From the IMG/VR virus record IMGVR_UViG_3300035232_000745: a stretch of DNA of 64,000 nucleotides. One strand, 5' to 3'. Positions 8,748-17,469 of this stretch are shown piece by piece. The translations under genes were made by a program, and so were the position numbers. The first letter of the stretch is position 1. Each line of letters opens with the position of its first letter. The stretch is from a virus. The notes below the pieces were generated by a model that was given only the letters and a program-made list of their open reading frames with translations, ran no database searches and was not told where the DNA came from.

Positions 8748-9426
8748 TTGTATTATACCAGCGAGATTGGAATCTACAAGATTTCCAAGTAAAGTATTAG
8801 CCGAAGTTAAAGGTAAGTCTGTATTACAGCATTGTGTTGATAACGCAAATAGCGCAAAGGATATTAGACGCGTTTGGATTGCTTCGAACTGCGTATCGTT
8901 ATTAGACCCAGAAGGAGGATTACTTACTGGTGATCATCATGAAACGTGCACATCACGAGTATCACAGGCTGCGTGGGATGTAAAAGCTGATTATATTGTT
9001 AATTTGCAAAGCGACGAACCTTGTGTTACTGGTGATATGATAGACGACATGATTAAATATATGTTTCAGAAAAATGCAAGAGTGGTTCAATGTTGTTATC
9101 CATTGACAGATGAAGAAAGAGGCAATATAAACGTAGTTAAGGCTGTTATCAGTAATGGCAAAATCATTTACTTAACACGAACACCTGATCGTGAATTAAT
9201 GCATAGTCCAAACCTTGTTGGAATTAACGGTTTATATTGTTATGATATTTCTACAATAAGATCGTTTAATTCTTACGATCAGGAATTAACTACGCGACAC
9301 AAAGGATTAGATACTTTGGCATTCATAGGTATTGTAGACGTGTATCCCTTCATGATCGAAGAGAGAACACCAGCAGTAGACATTCCTTCTGATATAGAAT
9401 TAGTGGAGAAATATCTTGATAGATGA
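8740..9426 (+). CDS. kdsB: CMP-KDO synthetase-like cytidylyltransferase
   Basis: IIPARLESTRFPSK, NLQSDEP, VDIPSD; start at MIDC after GGAG. Confidence 0.82.
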   Translation: MIDCIIPARLESTRFPSKVLAEVKGKSVLQHCVDNANSAKDIRRVWIASNCVSLLDPEGGLLTGDHHETCTSRVSQAAWDVKADYIVNLQSDEPCVTGDMIDDMIKYMFQKNARVVQCCYPLTDEERGNINVVKAVISNGKIIYLTRTPDRELMHSPNLVGINGLYCYDISTIRSFNSYDQELTTRHKGLDTLAFIGIVDVYPFMIEERTPAVDIPSDIELVEKYLDR

Positions 9427-9859
9427 TAGAATAATTAAATACATATCGCATGCTCCAAGAGTCGCGTTTATTGGTAATGGCGGAAATCTTGCTATAGCAC
9501 AACACGGAGCTTCTGATATGACAAGACACTTAAATAAGCATTGTTTTGCTCCAGATTCTGTTCACTTAACTGCTCTTGGAGGTGATAGTAATTGGCATGA
9601 AAAATGGATTAATCAATACGCAATATTTTCTGATTGTATAATCGGTATTACTACTCGTAAAGACTCTCCTATTATCAAAGGTCTTAGAGAACTTGGAGGA
9701 ATTTTACCCAATAGAGTAGTAATAGCACCGAAAAAAATTAGAGGCATTGATACTATTGTTGTTAATGAAACGACTTATCACGAATTTGAAATACAAGCTT
9801 TAAGCACAATTTATAAAATTATTGAACAGTGCGGAGCCAAATTACCTAGTATTGATTGA
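9416..9859 (+). CDS. SIS-domain sugar-phosphate isomerase (GmhA-like)
   Basis: IGNGGNLAIAQH motif. Confidence 0.65.
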   Translation: MIDDRIIKYISHAPRVAFIGNGGNLAIAQHGASDMTRHLNKHCFAPDSVHLTALGGDSNWHEKWINQYAIFSDCIIGITTRKDSPIIKGLRELGGILPNRVVIAPKKIRGIDTIVVNETTYHEFEIQALSTIYKIIEQCGAKLPSID

Positions 9860-10183
9860 TCCGAGCGGTATATCTATTCCAATTACAATACCACCGCCAT
9901 TGCCTTCTTGACCGTATGTTAAATAGTATTTGTCTTTGTATAAAAGTCTTGCAGCAGGAATAACTGGGCCATACACATAACCAGAAACGATTACTGTTTC
10001 TAAAGTTAGATTTTCAGTTAAATCTGATGATCTTCCAAAATAAAAGCTAGGCTTCTTAATTGAGTTGTAATAAACGCCCATTGTTAAATTTTCATAATTC
10101 GCAGTAAATTTTGGGTGGTAATTACTATAATCATTTTCAAAGCCGACATGCAGAGATAAAGCTAAACCTAATACAAATTCCAT
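9842..10183 (-). CDS. hypothetical protein, small beta-rich exported or outer-membrane candidate
   Basis: hydrophobic N-terminus, aromatic alternating strands; last gene of curli operon. Confidence 0.5.
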   Translation of the reverse strand: MEFVLGLALSLHVGFENDYSNYHPKFTANYENLTMGVYYNSIKKPSFYFGRSSDLTENLTLETVIVSGYVYGPVIPAARLLYKDKYYLTYGQEGNGGGIVIGIDIPLGSINTR

Positions 10184-11020
10184 TTAATTATGTTGCTCAA
10201 CACTTACAACACAACCGTTTGGGTTTGTGCAAACGCCAGATAGAGTAAATGATTTAGAAGAGGTGTCGGTTTGTTGACTAACTGTTACATTATAGGCAGG
10301 ACCGTATATGCTTTCTACACTAATGCTTGCTGAGGCAGAATTCATTCCACGTTGGTTTAAATCAATTACATTATAATTTCCTGACAACTCAATATCAGCA
10401 GTTTTTTGTCCGCCATTACCACGCTGATAAGTTGTAACATCATTCCCAGTACCTGAAATATCAAGGTCTAAAATATGCTTTTGATTTCCTCTTTGAGTCA
10501 TTTCAACATCATTACTATTACCAGAAATTTCTGCAGTTAATTCATGCCTACCATAACCTGTACTTTGTTGATCTGTCTGTGCTGATTTAATATCGTTATA
10601 ATTTCCGCTAATTGTAATTGTTGCGGTATGGTCACCACCTTCTGATAAATCAGTTGTACCATCAGAATGTTTACCTTGCCATACCGTTAAGTCGTTATTA
10701 TCACCTGTTACCATTGCAGTAATCATTCCGCTGTCACCGCCACCGCCTTGATAGAAATCTATGTTGTTGTTATCTCCATCTAACATTCCTGCAATACCAT
10801 GATACTGACCGATCTGCACCATATCAACTGTATTACTATCACCTTCAATACCTGTAGTCTGTCCACTTATACCAGTAATATAATTCTGACTACCATCTTG
10901 TGTGATAGTCAACGTAAAATTATCGCCTGATTGATACATATAAACTTCATTTGGTCCACTATTTGATTTGGATGATGTCAATAGTATTATTACCAACGCC
11001 AAGACGATAATCCCAAACAT
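10184..11020 (-). CDS. curlin-like beta-solenoid protein 2 (CsgB-like)
   Basis: signal peptide MFGIIVLAL; repeated G.N...Q.G units (ISGNSNDVEMTQRG etc.). Confidence 0.75.
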   Translation of the reverse strand: MFGIIVLALVIILLTSSKSNSGPNEVYMYQSGDNFTLTITQDGSQNYITGISGQTTGIEGDSNTVDMVQIGQYHGIAGMLDGDNNNIDFYQGGGGDSGMITAMVTGDNNDLTVWQGKHSDGTTDLSEGGDHTATITISGNYNDIKSAQTDQQSTGYGRHELTAEISGNSNDVEMTQRGNQKHILDLDISGTGNDVTTYQRGNGGQKTADIELSGNYNVIDLNQRGMNSASASISVESIYGPAYNVTVSQQTDTSSKSFTLSGVCTNPNGCVVSVEQHN

Positions 11021-12089
11021 ATTCGTCTTGTTGTTGAATATTAATCGTATATCCATATTGTTGCTCCACATATATTCTTAAATGATGGTAATAACCGGTG
11101 TCGTCTCTTTCAAAAACCCAACTAGGGTCTTCTCTATTTAAAGTAATTCTTGTTTGAGGATCATAACCCTCTTCAACAAAATTAAAAAACTCTTTATTCT
11201 GAGCATCTAATTCTGACATTAATCTGCGCATTAGCGCAATGTTTAATTGTTCAATCATATCATGTAACAGTTCGCCAAGATAATAATCACTATCTCTTAA
11301 ATCAAATTCTGTTAACCATATATCTTTAATACTCTCTTCTAATATGTCCATATTCAAACCGTCAAAATTTAAGAAATCTATATCTAGGAAATCTGTCATT
11401 TGTTCCAATGGTTGGCCATCTTCTTCAAATAAAGGTTTTTTCTTTCTTAAAATCAAAAGGTTCGTTATATCGCTTTCATCAAGCGCTAAGAACATTGGTT
11501 TAGTTGGTTTTGACCACCTGCTTTTTATTATTGTTGCCTGAAATGCTTTGTTCATAATAACGAAACCTGTATCAGACTCAACTGAAATTTCACCAGTTAC
11601 ACAATTTGTTTTTCCAAGTTGGTCAATGGAACAAGAAGGTAACAGCGTTACCATAGTCCCACCTGCTTCATCAACGACCATAACAAAATCAGTACCTAGT
11701 ACACCTATCGTTGCTGACGGTGTTTTGATACTGACGTTTCTTCGGCTATTCTTCGCGATTGCTCCAGATGCATAACGTATTGTTCCCAATGTCGCACGTA
11801 ATCCCAACTTCCCAGTCCCGGCATTTGGGTCATAAACAAAATCATCAATTACTAACCTCGCATGCTCAGTGATGTCGACTCGTGTTTCATCAACAAAGTC
11901 GATACGCATTCTGCCTTTTGCGGTGACGGCGGTATCCATGGGTTGCACCCCAATACCTTCCCCGCCGTCAATAACATTTCTACCACGCTCAAGTACGCCA
12001 GATCCCGAAAAAGACCCTATTTCACCTGCATCGCCAAAGCATAAGCTCGGTGTCAACAGAATGGCAATGAAGCCAATAATATTCCACAT
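10959..12089 (-). CDS. secreted FecR-domain protein
   Basis: signal peptide; D...T..GR..I.F.D.T, TPSATIGVLGTDF FecR signature. Confidence 0.85.
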   Translation of the reverse strand: MWNIIGFIAILLTPSLCFGDAGEIGSFSGSGVLERGRNVIDGGEGIGVQPMDTAVTAKGRMRIDFVDETRVDITEHARLVIDDFVYDPNAGTGKLGLRATLGTIRYASGAIAKNSRRNVSIKTPSATIGVLGTDFVMVVDEAGGTMVTLLPSCSIDQLGKTNCVTGEISVESDTGFVIMNKAFQATIIKSRWSKPTKPMFLALDESDITNLLILRKKKPLFEEDGQPLEQMTDFLDIDFLNFDGLNMDILEESIKDIWLTEFDLRDSDYYLGELLHDMIEQLNIALMRRLMSELDAQNKEFFNFVEEGYDPQTRITLNREDPSWVFERDDTGYYHHLRIYVEQQYGYTINIQQQDEYVWDYRLGVGNNTIDIIQIK

Positions 12090-12091
12090 TT

Positions 12092-12835
12092 TTAATCAGA
12101 TTGTGTAATTTGAACATTTTGACTATCTCCTGAAAAAGTAGCATCTACTTTGTTATCGTATATGCCGCTTTGTATTATAATATAATCTGACCCGCCACCA
12201 GTAATTGTTAAGTCAACAGTATGACCTGCGACATCACCATTTCCTGTGCTGTCAATTGCAATCAAGTTACCTTCTGAGTCAGCTTGAACATCGTATGTTA
12301 AATGCGTACGATTTCCTGCTCCTGCTGTAACACCAGTGCTTGAGTTATTTGATACAACTGTAATATTAGCATCTGTACCGTCTATATCAGCATAAACTCC
12401 TGAACTGTTACCAGTGATTGTAAAATTAGCAACTAAATCTTCTGTATCAGCACTTTCACCGATATAGATTTTAAAGTTGTTGTCATCACCTGAAACACCT
12501 ATGTTTAAAGTAACATCTTCACAATTTACTCCACTCGTAGAATCACAAGTTAAGTCAACTGTGTTGTCATCACCCGTAAATGTCCAAGTACCAGTGTAGG
12601 TATTACCTTTAATGATAGCGTCAATTTGGTTATAATCACCAGTTTGAGTGATGTTAAACGTCATTGCGTCACCATCTAATGTGGCATCAGTAGTACTGTC
12701 ACCAAATTCGTTGTCTTGTCCGTCTTGGACTATATCTAAATCTAATGTATCACCAGATTGTGTAATATAAATGTCGTTTGCAAGTGTAGGCGATGCAAAC
12801 AACAGTGCCATAACAAAGAGAATAATCTGTTTCAT
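12092..12835 (-). CDS. curlin-like beta-solenoid protein 1 (CsgA-like)
   Basis: signal peptide ending TLA; I.Q.G..N repeats, very acidic. Confidence 0.75.
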   Translation of the reverse strand: MKQIILFVMALLFASPTLANDIYITQSGDTLDLDIVQDGQDNEFGDSTTDATLDGDAMTFNITQTGDYNQIDAIIKGNTYTGTWTFTGDDNTVDLTCDSTSGVNCEDVTLNIGVSGDDNNFKIYIGESADTEDLVANFTITGNSSGVYADIDGTDANITVVSNNSSTGVTAGAGNRTHLTYDVQADSEGNLIAIDSTGNGDVAGHTVDLTITGGGSDYIIIQSGIYDNKVDATFSGDSQNVQITQSD

Positions 12836-12847
12836 TCCCTATCTCCG

Positions 12848-13651
12848 TTAATTGATTTCTTTAAAATTCCATAATTCCCTCTTGACTCCTTCTGTCACTA
12901 ATTCAATAACCCCTTGTTCAATAGCTGCTCTTACAGCATAATTTACGGGCTCATTTACAGAATAGCCGTTTTCAATCTCTACATTTTCACGACCTAAATC
13001 TATAAATTTAAATATATCAGCCGATGAACGATAACTCGCTATAGATTTCTCTGTAGCAATACTCATTAAAACTTTTCCACTGCTAACGCTTACTAGTCTC
13101 ATAACTATCGTAACAGTGTCTACTCGATACTCAGTTGAGGCGCCTACACCCAGGAACCTTGCTCCAGCACCGCCAGCTGCGGTATCAGAGTCGTAACCAA
13201 CAACTCCACCTTCTAACAATAACCCTGCAAATAACATAGGTTGTAATGGAGTTGGACCGCTTTCTTCTCCTTTTTCATAAACTTCTCTTGTTTGTCTTAT
13301 AAGTTGACGTTCTTTAATTAAATTATCGATACCAACTCTTTCAACTACTTCAAACCAAGATCCGTTACCGACATCTTGCAATGCTTTAATCACCCATACC
13401 TCTGCGCCTTGCGTAACAGCAGAAGATAAAGATGAATTTGAACTTGATTTTCTTTGTCCTGTTTTATCATTAAAAGCGTATACCGCAATAGTTATTTTAG
13501 GACCGCCTAACTCTGGTACAGCAAGCAGTCTTTCATCAATAGGACTTACTGATAAAGTTGGCGAATCATCAAGCCCGCGTAATACACTTATACTTCCAGG
13601 AGCTGCACAAGCACCTAATAAAAGAAATAAAAATAAAGGCAGTAATCTCAT
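12848..13651 (-). CDS. csgG: curli secretion channel lipoprotein
   Basis: lipobox LGAC; F.DKTGQRK, AVTQGA, WFEVVER..IDNLIKERQLIR. Confidence 0.93.
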   Translation of the reverse strand: MRLLPLFLFLLLGACAAPGSISVLRGLDDSPTLSVSPIDERLLAVPELGGPKITIAVYAFNDKTGQRKSSSNSSLSSAVTQGAEVWVIKALQDVGNGSWFEVVERVGIDNLIKERQLIRQTREVYEKGEESGPTPLQPMLFAGLLLEGGVVGYDSDTAAGGAGARFLGVGASTEYRVDTVTIVMRLVSVSSGKVLMSIATEKSIASYRSSADIFKFIDLGRENVEIENGYSVNEPVNYAVRAAIEQGVIELVTEGVKRELWNFKEIN

Positions 13652-14115
13652 TAAAAATTGAACTCCCCAGCACCAGGTATTGTGATTTCAGTCACACTAC
13701 CATCTTCTTCAGTAACAGTTAACGTAATAGAACCTGTTACTGGATCTCTTAACCAAGCAATTGTATTATCTTCAAGTGATGTTGACCCACTATTCGAACA
13801 CGCATCACCGCAATCAGCAAACATGGAGTCAACCATTTGCTTTGATAGTGTTGCATAAATTCTTGATTCTACGTTACGAAGAAATTTTGCTAGAGTAGTA
13901 TTTTCTGCTTCTCTTTCAAGTTCTTCTGCAATTCGCTTTTGCTCATCTCTGTAATCTTCTTTGCGATTATGAGAAAGTTGTTCAATGGATAAAACGTGCG
14001 TTGAATACCCATTTCCATAGTGAAACGCCGGAGATTTAAATCCCCATACTAATTCACTCGCCGCGCTGTTGTTTGTCAGGAACAGTATCGCCATCGCTAG
14101 CATTAAATGTTTCAT
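13651..14115 (-). CDS. csgF: curli assembly protein
   Basis: signal peptide then SELVWGFKSPAF.GNG; directly upstream of csgG. Confidence 0.85.
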   Translation of the reverse strand: MKHLMLAMAILFLTNNSAASELVWGFKSPAFHYGNGYSTHVLSIEQLSHNRKEDYRDEQKRIAEELEREAENTTLAKFLRNVESRIYATLSKQMVDSMFADCGDACSNSGSTSLEDNTIAWLRDPVTGSITLTVTEEDGSVTEITIPGAGEFNF

Positions 14116-14437
14116 TATCTTCTCCGGTTGAGTTAAACGCTTTATTTCCCGATTGATATTCAGCAACTAATCTATGTAATTCATCAGTACGTTTCGGATT
14201 TAGTTTAGATCTATATTCCAAAACCATTGATAGTTTGCTATTTAGTCTAATCAGATCATTATCTAACATTCTAACGCGATCAACTAGTTTAATTAAAGTA
14301 AACATAGCTTCACCCAGGACCGGATCAATTACCTCCGTAACCCATTTCCATATAAAGAATATGAAGTAGCCCATACCAACTGCTGATACGATAGGAAAAC
14401 CGTATTCACTTATTGCACCGGCTATATCTAATTCCAT
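14054..14437 (-). CDS. GFPI-motif single-TM coiled-coil protein (YvrJ/holin-like), paralogue B
   Basis: YGFPIV TM, then DRVRMLDNDLIRL. Confidence 0.7.
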   Translation of the reverse strand: MELDIAGAISEYGFPIVSAVGMGYFIFFIWKWVTEVIDPVLGEAMFTLIKLVDRVRMLDNDLIRLNSKLSMVLEYRSKLNPKRTDELHRLVAEYQSGNKAFNSTGEDNETFNASDGDTVPDKQQRGE

Positions 14438-14455
14438 TTTTATTCCTTTTAATTT

Positions 14456-14635
14456 CTAATCAGAAATTTTTACTAACCAACCTTTATCGTCTACGCGAAA
14501 GGTATCGCCAGGTTTATAAAGCCAATGATCTTTTGGCGAGCCGTCCTTTTGGACGCCCATGACTTCACCTGGCCAATCTCCTTCAACTCTAAAGTTTGTT
14601 CCAGCTTGGCTTATATTGTAATCCATCCAAATCAT
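14456..14635 (-). CDS. small hypothetical protein (59 aa, not in ORF track)
   Basis: MIWMDYNISQ...GDTFRVDDKGWLVKI; TAATG coupling to upstream ORF. Confidence 0.7.
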   Translation of the reverse strand: MIWMDYNISQAGTNFRVEGDWPGEVMGVQKDGSPKDHWLYKPGDTFRVDDKGWLVKISD

Positions 14636-14841
14636 TAAGCTATTTCCTCTTTTACGAAATTCTCAATTAATTTGTTAGGATTTCCAATATGTTCAAAGTA
14701 ACCATTGGGACCTACTCTAAATTCGTCTCCGATATTTAGTTTCACGTCATCAATAACGAAAAACTTATCATCTAAGTTCTTTTCATTGAGAATGCGAAAA
14801 CCATTCTTAAATTTTGTTAATACTAAATCTTTCCAAAACAT
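14635..14841 (-). CDS. small hypothetical protein, paralogue of 14456-14635
   Basis: MFW...GDEFRVGPNGYFEHI. Confidence 0.7.
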   Translation of the reverse strand: MFWKDLVLTKFKNGFRILNEKNLDDKFFVIDDVKLNIGDEFRVGPNGYFEHIGNPNKLIENFVKEEIA

Positions 14842-15119
14842 TAATCTCTCCTTGCATCATCTTTACCCTCATTTGCAGCAATACGATCTATATTTGGTCT
14901 AACATTTAAAGCATAGCTCAATAAGGCATCAATTTTCACTAAATCATTATTCATAGTTTGAACTCTGTTGTCCAAACCTGTCATTATATTTTTAAGAGAA
15001 TTTACGGTGTCTGTAACACTAGCTAATATAAACTTTAGTGTAATAAATACAAAAACGCCAGCAGCTAAAGCGCCAGCTATAGGAAAGCCTACATCACCAA
15101 TTAAAGATAAAAACTCCAT
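14841..15119 (-). CDS. GFPI-motif single-TM coiled-coil protein, paralogue A
   Basis: VGFPIA TM, then DNRVQTMNNDLVKI. Confidence 0.7.
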   Translation of the reverse strand: MEFLSLIGDVGFPIAGALAAGVFVFITLKFILASVTDTVNSLKNIMTGLDNRVQTMNNDLVKIDALLSYALNVRPNIDRIAANEGKDDARRD

Positions 15120-15136
15120 ACATTCTCCTCACAGTT

Positions 15137-15144
15137 TATTTATA
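15137..15144 (-). promoter_or_regulatory. T4-type late promoter of the curli operon
   Basis: TATAAATA on - strand just upstream of GAGGAG SD. Confidence 0.75.
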
Positions 15145-15197
15145 ATAAATAGAAATGAAAACAGAATTTATTTCATAATTACGTAGAGGAAACTAAA

Positions 15198-15668
15198 ATG
15201 TATGAATATAGAGCAACAATTAACAGAGTAATTGACGGTGATACAGTAGATTGTGACATTGATCTAGGTTTCGGTGTAGTTTTAGCTGATGAAAGAGTAA
15301 GAATTATGGGTATTGATACTCCTGAGTCACGAACAAGTGATAAAGTTGAGAAAGTATTCGGACTTGCAGCTAAAAAAAGATTAAAAGAATTACTAGGAAA
15401 ACAGTGTATTCTTAAAACACAAATCGCTAAAAACGGAGAAGATATGAAGGGCAAATTTGGTCGTATTCTAGGTGACTTTATGTCAGAAGACGATAGAATG
15501 GTTACTCATATTATGGAAGAAGAAGGACATTGTGTTCCTTATTTTGGTGGATCTAAAGAAGATACACAAGCTCAACACACAGCTAATAGAGAAAGACTCT
15601 TAAAAGAAGGAGTCGTGAGCAAAGCTGAATACGATAAAGCTGTTGCAATTATGGAGAAAAAGAAATAA
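15198..15668 (+). CDS. SNase/thermonuclease family protein
   Basis: VIDGDT, RVRIMGIDTPES, GKFGRILG. Confidence 0.88.
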   Translation: MYEYRATINRVIDGDTVDCDIDLGFGVVLADERVRIMGIDTPESRTSDKVEKVFGLAAKKRLKELLGKQCILKTQIAKNGEDMKGKFGRILGDFMSEDDRMVTHIMEEEGHCVPYFGGSKEDTQAQHTANRERLLKEGVVSKAEYDKAVAIMEKKK

Positions 15669-16021
15669 TGGAAAATTTTACTTTAGAAGAATTAAACACG
15701 ATGGCTACGAACGCTAGCATGACATTCGCTGTAACTGCATGTAATTTTCATCAAATTAATGCTTCAGACGAAGCATGTTATAATATTACGACGGATAATG
15801 ATTTGATTGGATTAGTATACATCAGAGATACAGGAAAAGAAGGTTCAGCGTTTAGATACAGAGCTTCATTTGATTCTTTACAAACTCAAGCTCATCTTGA
15901 TGCTGCACAAGCTGCACGTCCTAATTTAGATGACGGTGATCCATCTCATGGTGTCAGTGTTGGAAATACTCAATCTGGTATGAGTCAAGCACCAGGTTTA
16001 ACTCCTGCAACTCAAGATTAA
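15668..16021 (+). CDS. hypothetical protein
   Basis: coupled ORF. Confidence 0.6.
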   Translation: MENFTLEELNTMATNASMTFAVTACNFHQINASDEACYNITTDNDLIGLVYIRDTGKEGSAFRYRASFDSLQTQAHLDAAQAARPNLDDGDPSHGVSVGNTQSGMSQAPGLTPATQD

Positions 16022-16027
16022 TTTCAT

Positions 16028-16099
16028 TTAATTACAAATTAACTGTTTACATCAGTGTAATGATTCTGTATAAAGGTTATAGAAACAAACACAGAGAGA
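16028..16099 (+). promoter_or_regulatory. early sigma70-like promoter and leader, copy 2, with CtrA-like box
   Basis: TTAA-N7-TTAAC 16028-43, TTTACA-17-TATAAA, TGATTCT 16061-67. Confidence 0.8.
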
Positions 16100-16105
16100 A
16101 ACAAA

Positions 16106-16486
16106 ATGAAATATCAAATTTTTCAAATCCGCACTACAGACGCAGAAATCGCAGCTTTTAACAAAACTGAAGATTATGCTTCAGCTCCTAAACTAAAAGC
16201 ACGTCGCGATATGCAGTTTCCTACTCTTGTTAACTCAACAGTACAAGATCTTGCAGCAGACGCTTTCTTCGGCGGTTTATACACTCACGTTGCAAATATC
16301 ACTGCATCAGATCTTGAGCATGTATTTGAAATTTCAAACATTGGTCCAGAAACTGCTATCGAGCGCCTTGATCGTAAACATTCACTTTCAGTGGGTGACA
16401 TTGTAATCGACGAAAACAATATCGTTTGGGTAGTAGCTGACTTCGGTTTCGAAGAAGTTACTGAATTACAAGTTGTAGCAGCTTAA
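16106..16486 (+). CDS. YodL-like early protein
   Basis: LE.VF..N...HSLSVGDIV motif; ends VVAA. Confidence 0.6.
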   Translation: MKYQIFQIRTTDAEIAAFNKTEDYASAPKLKARRDMQFPTLVNSTVQDLAADAFFGGLYTHVANITASDLEHVFEISNIGPETAIERLDRKHSLSVGDIVIDENNIVWVVADFGFEEVTELQVVAA

Positions 16487-16490
16487 CTAG

Positions 16491-16528
16491 CTGTTTACAA
16501 CTCCCCAATAATCCGTTATACTGATTCT
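16491..16528 (+). promoter_or_regulatory. early sigma70-like promoter
   Basis: TTTACA 16494-99, 17 nt, TATACT, TGATTCT 16522-28. Confidence 0.75.
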
Positions 16529-16545
16529 TAGATAAACAAAGGAAA

Positions 16546-16959
16546 ATGAAAATGGCATATGATTATTCAGACGACTGTATCTCAGACTTCCACAAAGAAG
16601 TTTATGGATTTCGCCCAACTCAAGCTTACATGGAAGAGTGGAATACACTTTCTCCAAATCAAAAGCAAAAAGTTTGGGACGAGTATGCGCGTGTTAATGA
16701 AATTCAAATGATCGAATCAAAAGCTCAAGAAGAGCGTGATATCGTAAAATTCGAAGATCGTATCACAGACGTTATGAATATCGGTGCAGGTGATCGTAAA
16801 ACAGCTTTACGTTGGATCTCTGATCAAGAAACATTCTACCACGAACAAGATGTTGAGCATTTTGTTTGGCAGCAGGGAGTTTTATTTACTTCTTACGGTA
16901 GACAATTAATTAAAGATTTGTTAGCTATCGTCAAGTACGAAAGCTGCGAATACGCATAG
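16546..16959 (+). CDS. hypothetical early protein
   Basis: SDFHKEVYGFRP motif; AAGGA SD. Confidence 0.7.
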   Translation: MKMAYDYSDDCISDFHKEVYGFRPTQAYMEEWNTLSPNQKQKVWDEYARVNEIQMIESKAQEERDIVKFEDRITDVMNIGAGDRKTALRWISDQETFYHEQDVEHFVWQQGVLFTSYGRQLIKDLLAIVKYESCEYA

Positions 16960-17012
16960 TGTAGCGTGGAGAGGTGTAACACACAGCCAAAGCACTAACT
17001 AGAAGGTGGAGT

Positions 17013-17050
17013 AATAGGGAGGTTATTAAGTTAGCCTCCCTATTTTTTTT
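17013..17050 (+). terminator. rho-independent terminator
   Basis: AATAGGGAGG...CCTCCCTATT followed by T run. Confidence 0.8.
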
Positions 17051-17375
17051 ATTTTTTCTTCAAAGCATCAGCACCAAAAAATGCTGCGACTAATGCAGAA
17101 ATAGCTACAAAATATGTGGGTGCAATATCACCGACAATATTTGCAGCTTGATCTAATTCTAAGTAAGACGTAAGAACAATTGCAAACGGGTATAATAACA
17201 TTCCCATTAAAGCAAACCAAGTCATTTTACGCATAGCATCGCGTTGAGCGTCTTGATCTTCCATTTCTTTACGTTTAAATTCTAAATGCATTTCCATTTC
17301 TGCTTTAGAAATGTTTCCGTCTCCGTTGACGTCCATTCCTTCTGCGGCATCTGCATCGATAGTTTTCTTCGCCAT
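17049..17375 (-). CDS. EF-hand-like loop plus two-TM protein
   Basis: DVNGDGNISKAE loop, two C-terminal TM helices. Confidence 0.7.
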   Translation of the reverse strand: MAKKTIDADAAEGMDVNGDGNISKAEMEMHLEFKRKEMEDQDAQRDAMRKMTWFALMGMLLYPFAIVLTSYLELDQAANIVGDIAPTYFVAISALVAAFFGADALKKK

Positions 17376-17431
17376 TGGTTTCTCCTATAACAATTAACAA
17401 ACATAACAAAGACTTCAATACACTTATTTAT

Positions 17432-17439
17432 TATAAATA
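17432..17439 (+). promoter_or_regulatory. T4-type late promoter
   Basis: TATAAATA. Confidence 0.7.
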
Positions 17440-17469
17440 TAACAAGGCCTAGTCAAATTAGAAAAGGAG

